Positions 38,446-50,455 of a stretch of 64,000 nucleotides of DNA are shown here, in pieces. The translations under genes were made by a program, and so were the position numbers. Each line of letters starts with the position of its first letter. The stretch's first letter is position 1. Source of the stretch: Vermamoeba vermiformis (Eukaryota); the NCBI GenBank assembly GCA_045837725.1, contig JBEWZL010000253.1:186001-250000 (forward strand), read 5' to 3'. The notes beneath the pieces were generated by a model that saw nothing but the letters and a program-made list of their open reading frames with translations, searched no databases and was not told the DNA's origin.

Positions 38446-41400
38446 TTAGTGTTTGTCAGCGAGCTTTTCATCGCTGAAGGGGTATCTGCTAATGTAGTAG
38501 CCGAGGGCCCAGATCGGGAAGATGTTCTTGTAGCCGCTGTAGCTGATCGCGCAGCTGAAGTTGAACACACCCGAGATGCCTTGTTGACGCCAGTCTCCGT
38601 TGCCTTCTTGTTCGCGGATCAGTGACTCAATGCCGCGCTTGACAGCAGCCTTGTGTTCAGGGTAAGCAGCCACCATCAGGGCGTGCACAGCCCACGCGGT
38701 GTTGACGACGTGCGACTCTTTGTATTGCACGTATCGGCGCTCGTAACACGACTGCCGCAATCAGTTAGTCCTGCAACACGGTGCACACTCATCGCAGTAC
38801 GTACTCTGAAGTCTTCACCCCAGCCACCGTCTTCCTTCTGTTTGGACAACAAGAAGTCGCAGGCCTTGCGCACAGTCTCGCAGCGCTCTTGACCGGCCTC
38901 GCACAGTGCAATGATGCCGAACCACGCTGCGTAAGTGTAGCACACACCCCAACTGCCGTGCCAGCTGCCGTCTGGTCGTTGAACCTTCTTCAAGTACTCG
39001 CAGCCACGTTCAAGTGCTTTGCTGCACATCAAAGACTATTAGCATTTGAAAGCACTTGCTATGACCGGCCATGAACTTACTGAATCTCGCCAGATCTGTG
39101 AGCCGGGTAGTACTTGCGGAAGAGCAACAAGGTGCGAATGGCAGCAGAACTGCACTCGCAGTACGAGTAGTCGACCATGATGCCATCGAAGCACTCAGCA
39201 GGGTTCAAGTTCTCCAACCAAGCACCAGAGCGCATCAACTCGTACGAGGGCCAGCCACCGTCGTCATTCTGCAACGAGAGCAAGACATTGACTGCGTCGT
39301 ACAAGAGGTTGTCGGGCAGACCGTTGCCGATGACGTCGCCGTACTCGAACTTGAAGCGCAATGCAGTGCGCAGACCTTCAGCTGTGCAATCAGCAATGGG
39401 CCAGCCGTGATCTCTGTTAGAGAAGGGCCAAGCACCCTTGGAGATGTGACGGTAGTATTTGTCCATGTTGGGCGAGTTGTCCAACACTTGGGAGATTTGA
39501 ATGTAGTGTTCACCGAGCTTCATCATCTCGGGGAATTCGCGTGCGAGACCAGTGTCCATGATACCCTGCAACGAGAACGCTGTGTCCCACAATTGACTGC
39601 CGTTGTAGCCCTGGTAGATGACACGTGTCAATCATCGAATGACACGCGAATGCATCGCATCGACACGTACCTGCATCTTCATGCCGTCAGCAGCGAGCCA
39701 CAAGTAGTCCTTCAAGCGCTCGACGTGTTGTTGGAATGCGTCGCTCTTGCCGCCAGTTGCGTAGTACTCGCACAACATGTCCATGCACTTGTTGACCTGT
39801 CAAAAAGCAATGTCAGACATATACGTGAGTAGTCGCTCATAGTAGTGACGCACAGGACCGATGTCAATGTAATGAGTCTGCTCATCCTCGTAGCGAATGT
39901 GGTCCAGTGTCTCAGCCACGGATGATTTGCGCCAGAAAGGAATGGGGCACTTGTCGTAGAGCTTGCACAGACCTGATCACGCGATTAATGGCAGCACTAC
40001 AACAGCTAGTATACAACAGCTGCTATTAATTCGAGGAAATACGTACCAAAGACGACCTTCAAGATGGTCGAGGCAGGTCTGTATTTGTCTTGCGGATTGG
40101 TGTACCAGCGAATTGAAGGCCAGTTGATTTGTTCGTAAGGAGTGGTGTAGACTTCCTATTATGACATTGCATTGTTAGACGAGGGATTAATATGCACCAC
40201 TATTCTATTCTCATTAGACATACCTCTCTGATCTCCTTAATCAACGGAGTAATTTTACCAGTGCTCTTAGTGCCGTAGATGTAAGCCATAGGCAAGTAGA
40301 TCTGCATTGAATGACGAGTGAGTACGCGGCGTAGCGTGCATAGTACGTGGAATAATTAATATGGAATGCAACTTACGACACGGCAATGGCACCAGAAACG
40401 ACCAGGGTGGAAAGGCAACCAGTAAGGCAAGGACCTGCAATACGATCATGATTAGTTTCGTCATCAGTGCATAGGAATAACAAATTAGTATTGTTTAATA
40501 TTATATTAGTTGTTAATATTGGACACGCACCATAATTCGGGCAAGACAGCGTTAACACCTTCCCATTCCATGAGACCGAGTGTTGCCATCCAGAATTTGC
40601 CCCAATGAGGAATGCCCAACATGCCACCTAGTATTCAGGGTTAGTGCCTAATACAATAATCGATGCTATTCGAGAGCGGATCTAGTTCAGAAAATCATTC
40701 ACCGAAGAATTAACGAACAATCGGATTAAACGCAAAAACAATACAATAAGATAAATAGCGTATTAATAATAAATTAACGAAATTGCGACACGTACCGTTG
40801 CGTTGGATCCAGCTACGAGCCTTGACAAGACGAGGATCGTCTTTAGGAACACCCAACAGGCGCATAGTAACGTAGTTCATTCCTGAACCGAACATAGTTG
40901 ATTCAGATTCAATATGCCTATTAGTTGAGCAGCATTAATACTCGCCGTTGCAAAAATATCTTGGATCGGTCAATTAAATTGAAATTCGCTCAGTCATTTA
41001 AAGTAATGGTTCTAATAATATAACTATAAATTATAATAAAATACTTACAAGCCCCAACCTCCATCTTCGCGTTGACAATTGGACAAGTAACGGATCATTT
41101 CAATTCTAACTTCTTCAGCGATAGGAACACCAGTAATATAGCAAGTAATGACCATGCCTATTAGGCGGTAGAATAACCGTTGTTAGGAACATTATTGTTA
41201 CGGGAACTTGCGATCTTACCGGGCATCAAGAAGAGAGGACCGCCATAATCATTAGCCCAATGACCGTCTTCAGTTTGCAATTTCTCGTAAAATTTAATGG
41301 CATTTCTAGTGGCTTCTTCAACACTCTTAGGCTTGGGATATGGAGGGGCGTCTTTGCTCTGTTGGACAGATCAGATCGTAGTCCCGATCAAGCCAAGCAG

Positions 41401-41564
41401 TCCCGATGCTAATGGGACAATTAAATATAGCTTACCACATCGAGGCCTAAGAAATATTTGTCGTAGAACTTTTGTTCTGACGCGTGTTGGTCTGGATTGT
41501 ACTTCCAAACTTGACGACCACGATCGACGTACAATTTCCACTTGGTCAAATCAGTGCGTTCCAT
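38446..41564 (-). CDS. CAS1: Oxidosqualene cyclase, cycloartenol synthase type
   Basis: GRQVW, QW repeats, [27 protein letters not shown] (Tyr/His/Ile = cycloartenol signature). Confidence 0.93.
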
Positions 41565-42397
41565 TGTAATCAGTTGCCCTTATTGTTGTGTGTTACTCTG
41601 TTTCCAACACTGCATAACATTGACCGATATTTTTTTGCTTTTAACCGTTTTTGGCGCATAAAGTTGATAATTTCTAATTTTCTCGTACGCGCTTTCCACG
41701 GTGCGGAGTTCGCGCACTACAACTCCGTCGACAGATTCTACGGTAAACCTAGTATGAATAATCGATCTATTTCAAAACTTTGAGTGAGGAGCTCTAGAAT
41801 AAAAACTCCGTCCCGCTTGCTGTCTCTGAGAACAGCGCCTTTCCATATTTGGGTCTTGTTTTCTCTTCTGGGATCACCAGTAGTCAGTAGAACAAGTTTT
41901 CCCAGGACAGATGAGACTCTGTATCGGCAGCTAGGAGGTCAATTCAAGATCTTTTAAATTCAAAGGGAGTTGCTGTACATCAAGGACTGCCGCGCTTGGG
42001 GTAGGCATTCCGTTAAATAGTACTTTTAAGTTCAAAACTGAAATCAACCTCGACGAGGCCTTTGATTTTTTAGTTGTTGTTGAAATTTTATGCTCCTTGT
42101 TAATATTGACCACAGGTGAGAATTAACGATTACTCATTTATTATAACACGAATACGCGATGGAACAAATGCTCTAAATGGATTATTGTGCCAGATCCAGT
42201 GCCGATCAATAATTAACAAAATAATTCCAGTGACAACAAATAATATTAAAATAATAGTATTTCATGATGAGCCATTATGGTGATAACAAATTCTCAATTC
42301 TGGAGTTGATAGAGCGCATACTAATTTTATTATTTATTTTTACATTATTAGTTGAATTAATTCTGTATTGACACAATATCATTAGATTCGACCCAGC

Positions 42398-42773
42398 ATG
42401 CAGAGTCTATTCAAAAAAATATTAGCACCAACCACAGTAAATAAAATTACATCGCTGGCACCACTGGGTTCAACTGCTTGGTGTCCGATCGTTCCACACA
42501 TCCAATGTCCTCGCAGCAGTGCCCAAGAAGCGCGTCAGTCACCGAAGGACTCGTCTAAAGTGGAAGAATAGAATGTTTATGACACCGCTCACTCACAATC
42601 ACGCTTGCACTAACTGTGGCACTTGGACGCGCAATTACAACATCTGTGGTGGATGTGGCTGGTACGATGGCAAGCCCGTGACTAAAGAGGCTCGTGCTAA
42701 GTTCGCTGAGGAGCAAGACAAGGCTAAGAACGGCGAAGCTGTGGCTACTCAAACTCAAAACCCATCCACGTAA
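42398..42773 (+). CDS. MRPL32: Mitochondrial ribosomal protein bL32m; N-terminus uncertain (ATG 42398 is 1 nt out of frame)
   Basis: AVPKKRVSHRRTR..CTNCG..ICGGCGWYDG. Confidence 0.8.
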
Positions 42774-42941
42774 AATAGCGAAAAACCTGTAATAAAGTCC
42801 GATATTTAAATATATATGTATTATCGCACTATTTACGTCGTGGTGCAGATAAGAAGTTGTTAGAACACGCACGTGGCTGTTGATCGCGGATCTACCTTTT
42901 TGACCGTTTTTATTCTCACCAATGTTAGAAAGGTGACGAAG

Positions 42942-44638
42942 ATGAGGATCGTACGCCATGTTATATATTTATTTATCATATATACCCTATTATCAAATTG
43001 TACAGTAACCGCTGACGACACACCCAAGAAGTTTTTACGTTTTAACCCAGATGGCACGTTCAAGATATTGCAAGTGAGTAATAAAATATTTTTGATATTT
43101 AATAATCGTTTTCCATCGTACGCGTGACTAGTACAGACGGTGGAACAATTTAATGTTAATTAAATTAAATATTTTATTTTCTAGTTCACGGATCTGCACT
43201 ACGGAGAAAATGACGCGTGGGACGAACAAACGGAGTTATTACAAGAGGAAATTTTAAATGCAGAAAAACCGGATCTTGTTGTAATCACTGGCGACATGAT
43301 TTCAGGTTACGCTTATCGAGGTGCGTAATGTAATAGTAGCTAGCTATTGCCGGGCATAATATTGCTGCAAATATTTCAGTTGCTGACGTCATCGATCAGG
43401 CGGCAGTGAGTGGGTGAAGGGGCACTATGAGAAGCTGTTGCGACCCATGATCAAGCTCGGCTATCGCTGGGCCATGGTGCTCGGCAATCACGACGGCGAG
43501 GCTGACTGGCACCGCGCTAAAATCGCTGAATTTGACGCAGGCCACGCACTCAGCTTGACACAGATTGGGCCTGAGAACATCACTGGTGTCACCAACTTTG
43601 TGTATTCGATCTACTCGTCCAAATCACTCGGTAGGTGTTCAACTGCACTTTCTTAATGCAAGCGTGCAATGCTGACCAGGTGTGGCAGGTGAGATCTCAG
43701 CGCGCTTGTACTTCTTTGACTCGAATGCGGTCTCGTGTTTTGGTGTCAAGGGCTGGGGCTGCGTGTACCCCACACAAGTAAGAGCGTGATATATGATAGA
43801 TAGTTGCTAGTATAGCATACGAATTGAAGATTTTATCGTTTCCGCAAGTCGCTGATTGACGCGCCAATGTTCACAGATCGAGTGGTATCGTCGTACCGCA
43901 CAAATGTTCAAGCAACAAGACGGACATCACGCCAAGCCAGCCATGGCCTTTCAACACATCCCTATTCCCGAGTACATGGAGCTGTGGAACTATCATATGA
44001 CTTACGGTACATTGCAAGACGAAGGTAGGCTGATGAGTGCCACACTCGTGAGAGCCAGACTTTGACACGTGTCACTAGGTATTTGTTGTGCAGCCCTCAA
44101 CACAGGTCTCTACGCGGCCATGAAAGAAATGAATGATATCAAAGCACTGTGGGTCGGACACGATCACAAGAATGACTTCTACGGTGATTTTTACGGCATC
44201 ACACTGGGCTACGGACGCAAGACTGGTTATGGCGGCTATGGACCAGCCATTGGTGGGTGACAATAGACTGCAAAAGTAGACAGCATTTGACCTTTGATGT
44301 AGGTACCGCGCGTGGTGCACGAGTGATCATATTGAAAGAAGAGCCATTCAGCTACGAGACCTACATTCGCGAAGAGGGCGGTGGCGTGGACAAACAAGGC
44401 GCGCACAATGCAGGCTATCCGCACTACTACACGTGCTGCTCGAAGGGAGATCGTAAGTGGACCATTGTCTTTGGATGTGCAGCACTCACACCACACAGGC
44501 TATTGGGTCGTATTGAATCGCACCGTGGTGATCACATTGACCATCACAGTCATGTTCTGGTGGATTGTGATGGGTGCAGTCATGATCTTCATTTCAAAGC
44601 GAAAGAAGAACAAGATGAAGAGTGCCAAGTCAATATGA
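42942..44638 (+). CDS. Calcineurin-like metallophosphoesterase (PAP29/DCR2-like) with signal peptide and C-terminal TM
   Basis: FKILQFTDLHYGE, TGDMISG, GNHD, FQHIPIPE, GHDHKND, YGRKTGYGGY. Confidence 0.9.
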
Positions 44639-44706
44639 AAAACAACAATAAATGTCGATTACGCGAGCACAAGGGTAAATAAGAATTTAATTAAATACAG
44701 CTACAA

Positions 44707-45238
44707 TTACATCGGCCGCTCCATGACAGCAGTGCCAGCGCAGCCCTCGTTCAGGCGATTAAGAAGTGACGCGGAGAACGCAATACCCGCACCGATGAGC
44801 ATGATATTGGCCCAGCCCATGAACACGGCGTGCAGGATCATCCAGATCAGATTCAACTTGTTCTTGGGGTCGCGTTCACACTCGTATTGGAACTTGCGAA
44901 TCATAGCGTACGCGATGATGATGGACGCGTACATGGTGAAAGTGAACCACATCACCATCACTGGAGTACCACCGCCGCGGATGTAAATAGCAGTAATGGG
45001 CATGACGTACATCATCATGATCCACACGCGGCCAATGGTGCGGTGCCACGGTCGCAGCTGTTTGATGGGGAGTCTGAGAGATGAAGGCAAGGATCCCGAC
45101 CAGTACGCCGATGTAGCCGGTCAGAAAGTGAACGTAGACGAGCGGTTGGATGCAAGCAACGTAGTCGGGGTAGACCCAAATAGTACCCACTGGCAGGGTC
45201 GCCGTGCCGTTCAGCGGATAGATCTCCTGGCTGGTCAT
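44707..45238 (-). CDS. Small 4-TM His-containing membrane protein (DUF2306-like); frameshift near 45075
   Basis: VHFLTGYIGVLVGILAFIS, then shifted frame RLPIKQLRPWHRTIGRVW..LHAVFM. Confidence 0.6.
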
Positions 45239-45780
45239 TAAGATTTAGTTGAGTAAGCGCGCTTGTGTTTGCTTTGTGTTAGAAATTGAACCGATTTGTA
45301 TTGCCGAACAAATTTGTATTGGTGTGGCTCTCGAGCTCGTTGCGTCTCGTGACCACTTAAAGTGGCCACTTCCTTTTTTAGAACAGGTTCCGGACAAATC
45401 AGGCTCGCAATGCAATGCGGAGCGTGATTCGCATCCAAATGCTGTCATATTTAAAGCACAGCAGTATGCACTTAACAGAGTAGTGCATTACATTTCCTGT
45501 TCGACAACCATTTAACAGCTGGAGTCGGAATTATGATAGGCGATTAAATGATAACTGAATGGCCGATTTAATACGAATATTATGGCTGGTTGGTGATTAA
45601 TTATACGGGGTAATAGCGCCAGCCTTCAACTGCGTATTGTTAAGTACTCACTTTGTTATCTGCTTGATAAAAGCAGCACTTTATTAGTAATTAATAAAGT
45701 TATCTATCGTTGTTTTCAAAACACATAAGGCGTTCTTAAAAATACAAAGCGCCTTAAAATTACTTAATTGCTCGATTGTC

Positions 45781-47112
45781 ATGGGCAATAAGCCAAACAA
45801 AGCGGCCAACCACAACTCTCGCAGTGAGCCCGAAACACAGGTCTTAACTACCGTTGATAAAAGCCAAATGAATAATACAGAGGCTTGGCACGTATTAATA
45901 GTTGCTAATGCAGGTATTTAATAAATGAATTACGGTAAATTAAAACTAATTTAATTCAGCTGCAATACGAAAGTGGTTATCGCAGCAAAAAGACATTACC
46001 AAAGCTTTAACTACCGAGGTTCTAAATCAACAAACAGCGATGCAGCTCATTGTTGGAGGAAGAGCTAATCCATCGTCCGAAGCGATCATAGAATCACTGG
46101 AAGTCTTAATCGAGCATGGAGCGGACGTTAATTATATTCCTCCGAAAGGTGAGGGAAAAATTCGTTGTATATTCGTTCCTAACGTGTTGCCAGGCTCCGA
46201 ATCACGAAGATTGATGCGCGATCCAGTGCCGTACTTGGCAGCGATCCATTGCGAGCCTGCAGTGGTTCAATTTCTGTCCGAACAAGGGGCTGATTTTCGC
46301 ATAGCACATCCCGACATGCCTCAGCGCACTGTCCAGAATCAGTGCAGCTTCATCAATGCATTTACACTGCAAAAACTGCTCGATCCAGCAGCCCATCAGC
46401 AGCACGTGTCATTCAAGCAGACCAATCACCCTGCTAATTATAACCACGACCTCGCGTTGATGAAGTTAGATTGGGTGCACTTCATCAGCGACGGTCAACT
46501 GAAGTCAACGCTGCTCAACGTGCTGCAATCACGTGTCATCACTGCATTCAAAGTTGAGCCCGAGAATAGGACCAACGAACAATATGCGACCAATCAGAAG
46601 ACGGAGATCACTTTTGAATTGCAAATGAATTCTTCAGACGCAACATTGACACCTGTCACTCTCAGTTACTCGTCGGATATCTCTTGCAATGGCTCTGAGA
46701 GGTTCGAATTGGAGCTGACCATGTCACGTGGTGATGAACGAGTTTCGGTGAAATTAACACATGATCTTAATGCATTTATTGGTACGTATACACTGGTAGA
46801 CTAGCCACCAATTCTTATCCGAGCAACATGTTAGGCAATGACCTGGTCCCTTCCCGTAGTGCAGAAGGGTTCGACGGATTTGTGAAAAGTTTGGGTGATG
46901 CATTGCACGCACAAAAATCTCCAGATCTGGGCTACTTGTTCATTCTGCTGCTGTTGTGCCATGTGGATGACAACACACTAGTGCGCAAACAGGGCTGGCA
47001 GTCCAATCGCAGTCGCGTGTTGAGACCTGCCATATTAGGCGCGCTGTCCATTCCTCCCATTGTGGCACAGCTCGCCCGCGATTGGGCACTAGTGCAAGAT
47101 CTAAATGCGTGA
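45781..47112 (+). CDS. N-myristoylation-motif protein with ankyrin-like repeats
   Basis: MGNKPNK start. LEVLIEHGADVNY and VVQFLSEQGADF. Confidence 0.65.
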
Positions 47113-47396
47113 GCGGCACTCGTGTGGTGCTATCAGCGATGTATTATAAACGAATATCTAATACCAGTATTTCGTTGGGTGCAAGGGGATTCAACCAATT
47201 ATTCACATGCGAAGTGTGGCAACAGATCACTGTTAACACTTGCAAAGTGTAGTACGCGAATGAATATCTCTGTGTGACCACATTATTCAGTCAACAAATG
47301 TCGCACGTGCAATGAGTTCCATATGAAACAAGTGAGTTGTAAATTGTATTGCGGGATTTCAGTGTTTGGAAAAAACTGTGATTTTATTAACTAAGA

Positions 47397-48731
47397 CTAA
47401 TCGTTTGTGATTAACATGGCAGCAGGCTGGGTATCTAGACCAAGATTGAGCGTTTGTTGGTAGACAAGTGCCGCAGTATCGATATTAAACCCAGCCAAAA
47501 TGAAATTGGAGTTATCAACCGAGAACCACAGCGAATAAACTGTCCTCGTTGTGCTGTCAAAAGTTAAAGACGGGTCTTTGCCTGCCCAAGTGAGTGGCTT
47601 CGTTGAGCTGATGACGGACTTGCACTTGCCATCCATGCCCAGTGCGCAAAATGCCGTAGAAGGTAACTGACGAAAGTGTCAAACATTTCAATAATGAAAT
47701 ATGGCTCACTTACCGGGATCGTCCCAGTAGAACAGAAAAGGTTGTCCATTGTTAGGATCAAAAAAGATTCGCGAGCGTGTGTTGATGTCTCCGCAGGATT
47801 TGACTTGCTGCTCATTGTAGGGATCCGAGAGAGACACCTAACAGACAGTTAATAAGAGTTTACAATAGCGCAATGGCGTTAGTACTCTGTGCAAATGCAT
47901 GTAATTAAATGTCGCATTGACGAGTTGATCGGTCACCCAGTAGAATAACTGATTGGCCACATCGAACCCGAAGTTAAGTGGTGCAGTGCCATCTTGAAGC
48001 GAGCTGAACGTTCTGATGACTGTTATAGACGTCAATATAGCATTACGAGAGTTAATAATTCGGAGATCCTACCCGTGACGTTCGGCGGCGAGTGGTCTCT
48101 CGGTCCTTCCACCGACAGAAGCTCGATGCCCTTGGGACCATAGCCTGCTACCACGGCCACTGCAATAGTACGATGATTAAGACAAATTATTCGCACAATA
48201 TAAGATTCAAATCAAATTAATAGCATCAAGCGTACCAATGAGGCGATCGTTCTTGTCATCGTATTGCATGCTGAAAATTAAATTAGCAAAAGTTTTCAGA
48301 CGCGAATTAAAATACTCACAAAAAAGCTCTTTTCTTTGGAAAGGTCCAAAAAGGTAGTGATACTTGGTTGACGATGTCTCCTCGATAAATTCTGCTGGAC
48401 CCACCGCTTCCGTAGAAAATATTATTTTCTTGGTCTAGCCCTGCCACATTGTATGTGGTAGCATAGCTATCGAAGGGGTGTTAATGATATTTCCGCTCAG
48501 CATAACAAACTTACTTAGCAATATATGGATCTGGGCCGAATTCAAATTCTGGAAATAGCCCAGAGGCAGAATTGTAGCTAATTAATTGCCATCCCACTTC
48601 CTTCAAATCTCCAGCAAATAGTTGGAAGTTTTGAGCGAAGGCCTGGAAAGAAGTTAGATTTAATTTTCCTTGTAGCCGAACTGTACCAGATGAGCGAAAG
48701 TCGCAATCACTAAAATTAAATAAAATTTCAT
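47397..48731 (-). CDS. Secreted protein, possibly beta-propeller-like
   Basis: Signal MKFYLILVIATFAHLAFA. Repeated blade-like segments LDQENNIFY, YDDKNDRL, FDVANQLFY, FDSTTRTVY. Confidence 0.6.
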
Positions 48732-48974
48732 TGGCAATGCTACTTTGGTTGCGTACATGTGTGCGGGCTATTTGTACAAATAAACGGTTGCCGAAAAGTG
48801 CACCGATTTGTACAACCGGCGGGCGAAATTACCTCGGAAAGTTTTTCGTATAAATTTCTGTACTATTGGAATTTCATCCTAGGATGAGTACTTACGTAAT
48901 ATCCCTGCGAGTGTAGTTGCCTAAGACCGCCTTATCCGATTTTCGTGGTACCAATGCATAATAATATGACGCTG

Positions 48975-50284
48975 TTAATGAAACCACAAGTGATGTGCCC
49001 AGTCGTGTTTGAACGAGTTCTCTAATTCACTGAATTGATGCACCCTGCTGCTCGTCGCGTTGAATAGCAACAGCGCCAGTCTGAAAGTGCTCTGATCGGA
49101 CCAGCGATGCGTCACGAGTCCATTCATTGCCAAAATATAGTCTGCGTAGTGTTGATAGGCAGCAGATCTGAACCAGTTGACGCGACCCACTTGAAATGCA
49201 CCGTGGAATACGGAATTGTTGAGTGCGCGGCGCTCAGCGGGTGTAATGTGCAGACAATCTAGGTAGTGCAGAGTCTCTTGCAGGGCCACGCACTGCTGAG
49301 GGTCATTGCTCTCTGAGTAGACATTAATACTAGGAACGGACGTATAGCTGCATGACTTACGCGTAATGTAACCGTAGAGCAAGTTGTTGTCGTGCAGGTA
49401 TTGGATCGGATCTGGTTCAATTTCTTTGATCGGATACATGTCCGAGTCAATTGAAAGATAGTAGTCGAACTCTTTCATCAGCGGGTGGTCCCACAGGCCT
49501 AACAATAGAAAGTTGTTAGTTGGAAGGCCAGTTGACCTAGTGTTACCTTTGATGCGCCAGTAGTTCATGAACACGTAGTTCATTGAATGCAACGAGTATT
49601 GCTGCAAATTTGACATGCACCGCACGTAGGCGTCAGGGTCTACCACGTGATTGGCAAAGAACTCTTGTTTGACACGTGTCACATCACTGAACACGACGTT
49701 TTGTTCGACAGTCGCGCGATTCAGCCAGTCAATGTCACTGCGCGAGACAGTCTCGTCGTAGAACACTATGACCGAGTAGTCGTGGCGGTGATTATAATAG
49801 CGCCATATGTCCTGCAGGTGATAGTACAGCTCTTTCACATACGATCTAAACCACGGCGTGTTTTTTTCGTTGACGAGCAGATAGACAATCACTCCGCGAG
49901 GTTTCGAGTGCGCATTGGTCGATATGTTAGGTATAATAGCCTCGTATGGCGTTATTTTGCGCAGCTCGGTGCAGTTGGGTGGGACAATGACGGGGAGTTC
50001 GCGGATGTAGGCTAGATATCTCTGCCTTCGCACTTCTGATACCAAAGATTATTGCCACGATTTTTTTAGGTTTATTTTAAATTAAAGTGAAGATAAAAAA
50101 TAAAGATTTGAATTTTTTGGTGGATCTGACGCTGCCAAACGCACCTGCCAAGGGAAAAAATTTTAAAAAGTCAATTACCTCGATATTCTATTAATTTGGG
50201 GAAGCTGACAATCCACAGTATTGTGGCAACTACACAAAAGCCTAATATTCCGTGCAGCACTCTTCTGCTGCGTGCAATCGCCAT
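48975..50284 (-). CDS. GT15 (KRE2/MNT1-like) glycosyltransferase, type II membrane protein
   Basis: N-terminal TM. YVFMNYW, LWDHPLMKEFDYYLSIDSD, WFRSAAY, HRWSDQ. Confidence 0.75.
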
Positions 50285-50455
50285 TCCTTTGCGAGTTAGC
50301 ACAACTATGATATTACGCTTAATACGCGACTGGGTCCTGATTGTGTTGCTCAAAAACGACTTAGAACAACGTTGCAAAAATAATGAGGCATTAGCGTGCT
50401 ATCCGCCCAGCTGCACAACAATTAGTTAAACATATGTTATTTTTATTAACTTGAA

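Noticed and set aside
38446-41564. Plant-type sterol cyclase as a novelty
   Set aside because: Cycloartenol synthase is already established in amoebae. It is useful only as a taxonomic clue.
41780-42300. Possible ncRNA or snoRNA (ATGATGA near 42263)
   Set aside because: No nearby D box or terminal stem, and no snRNA, RNase P/MRP or SRP signature recognised.
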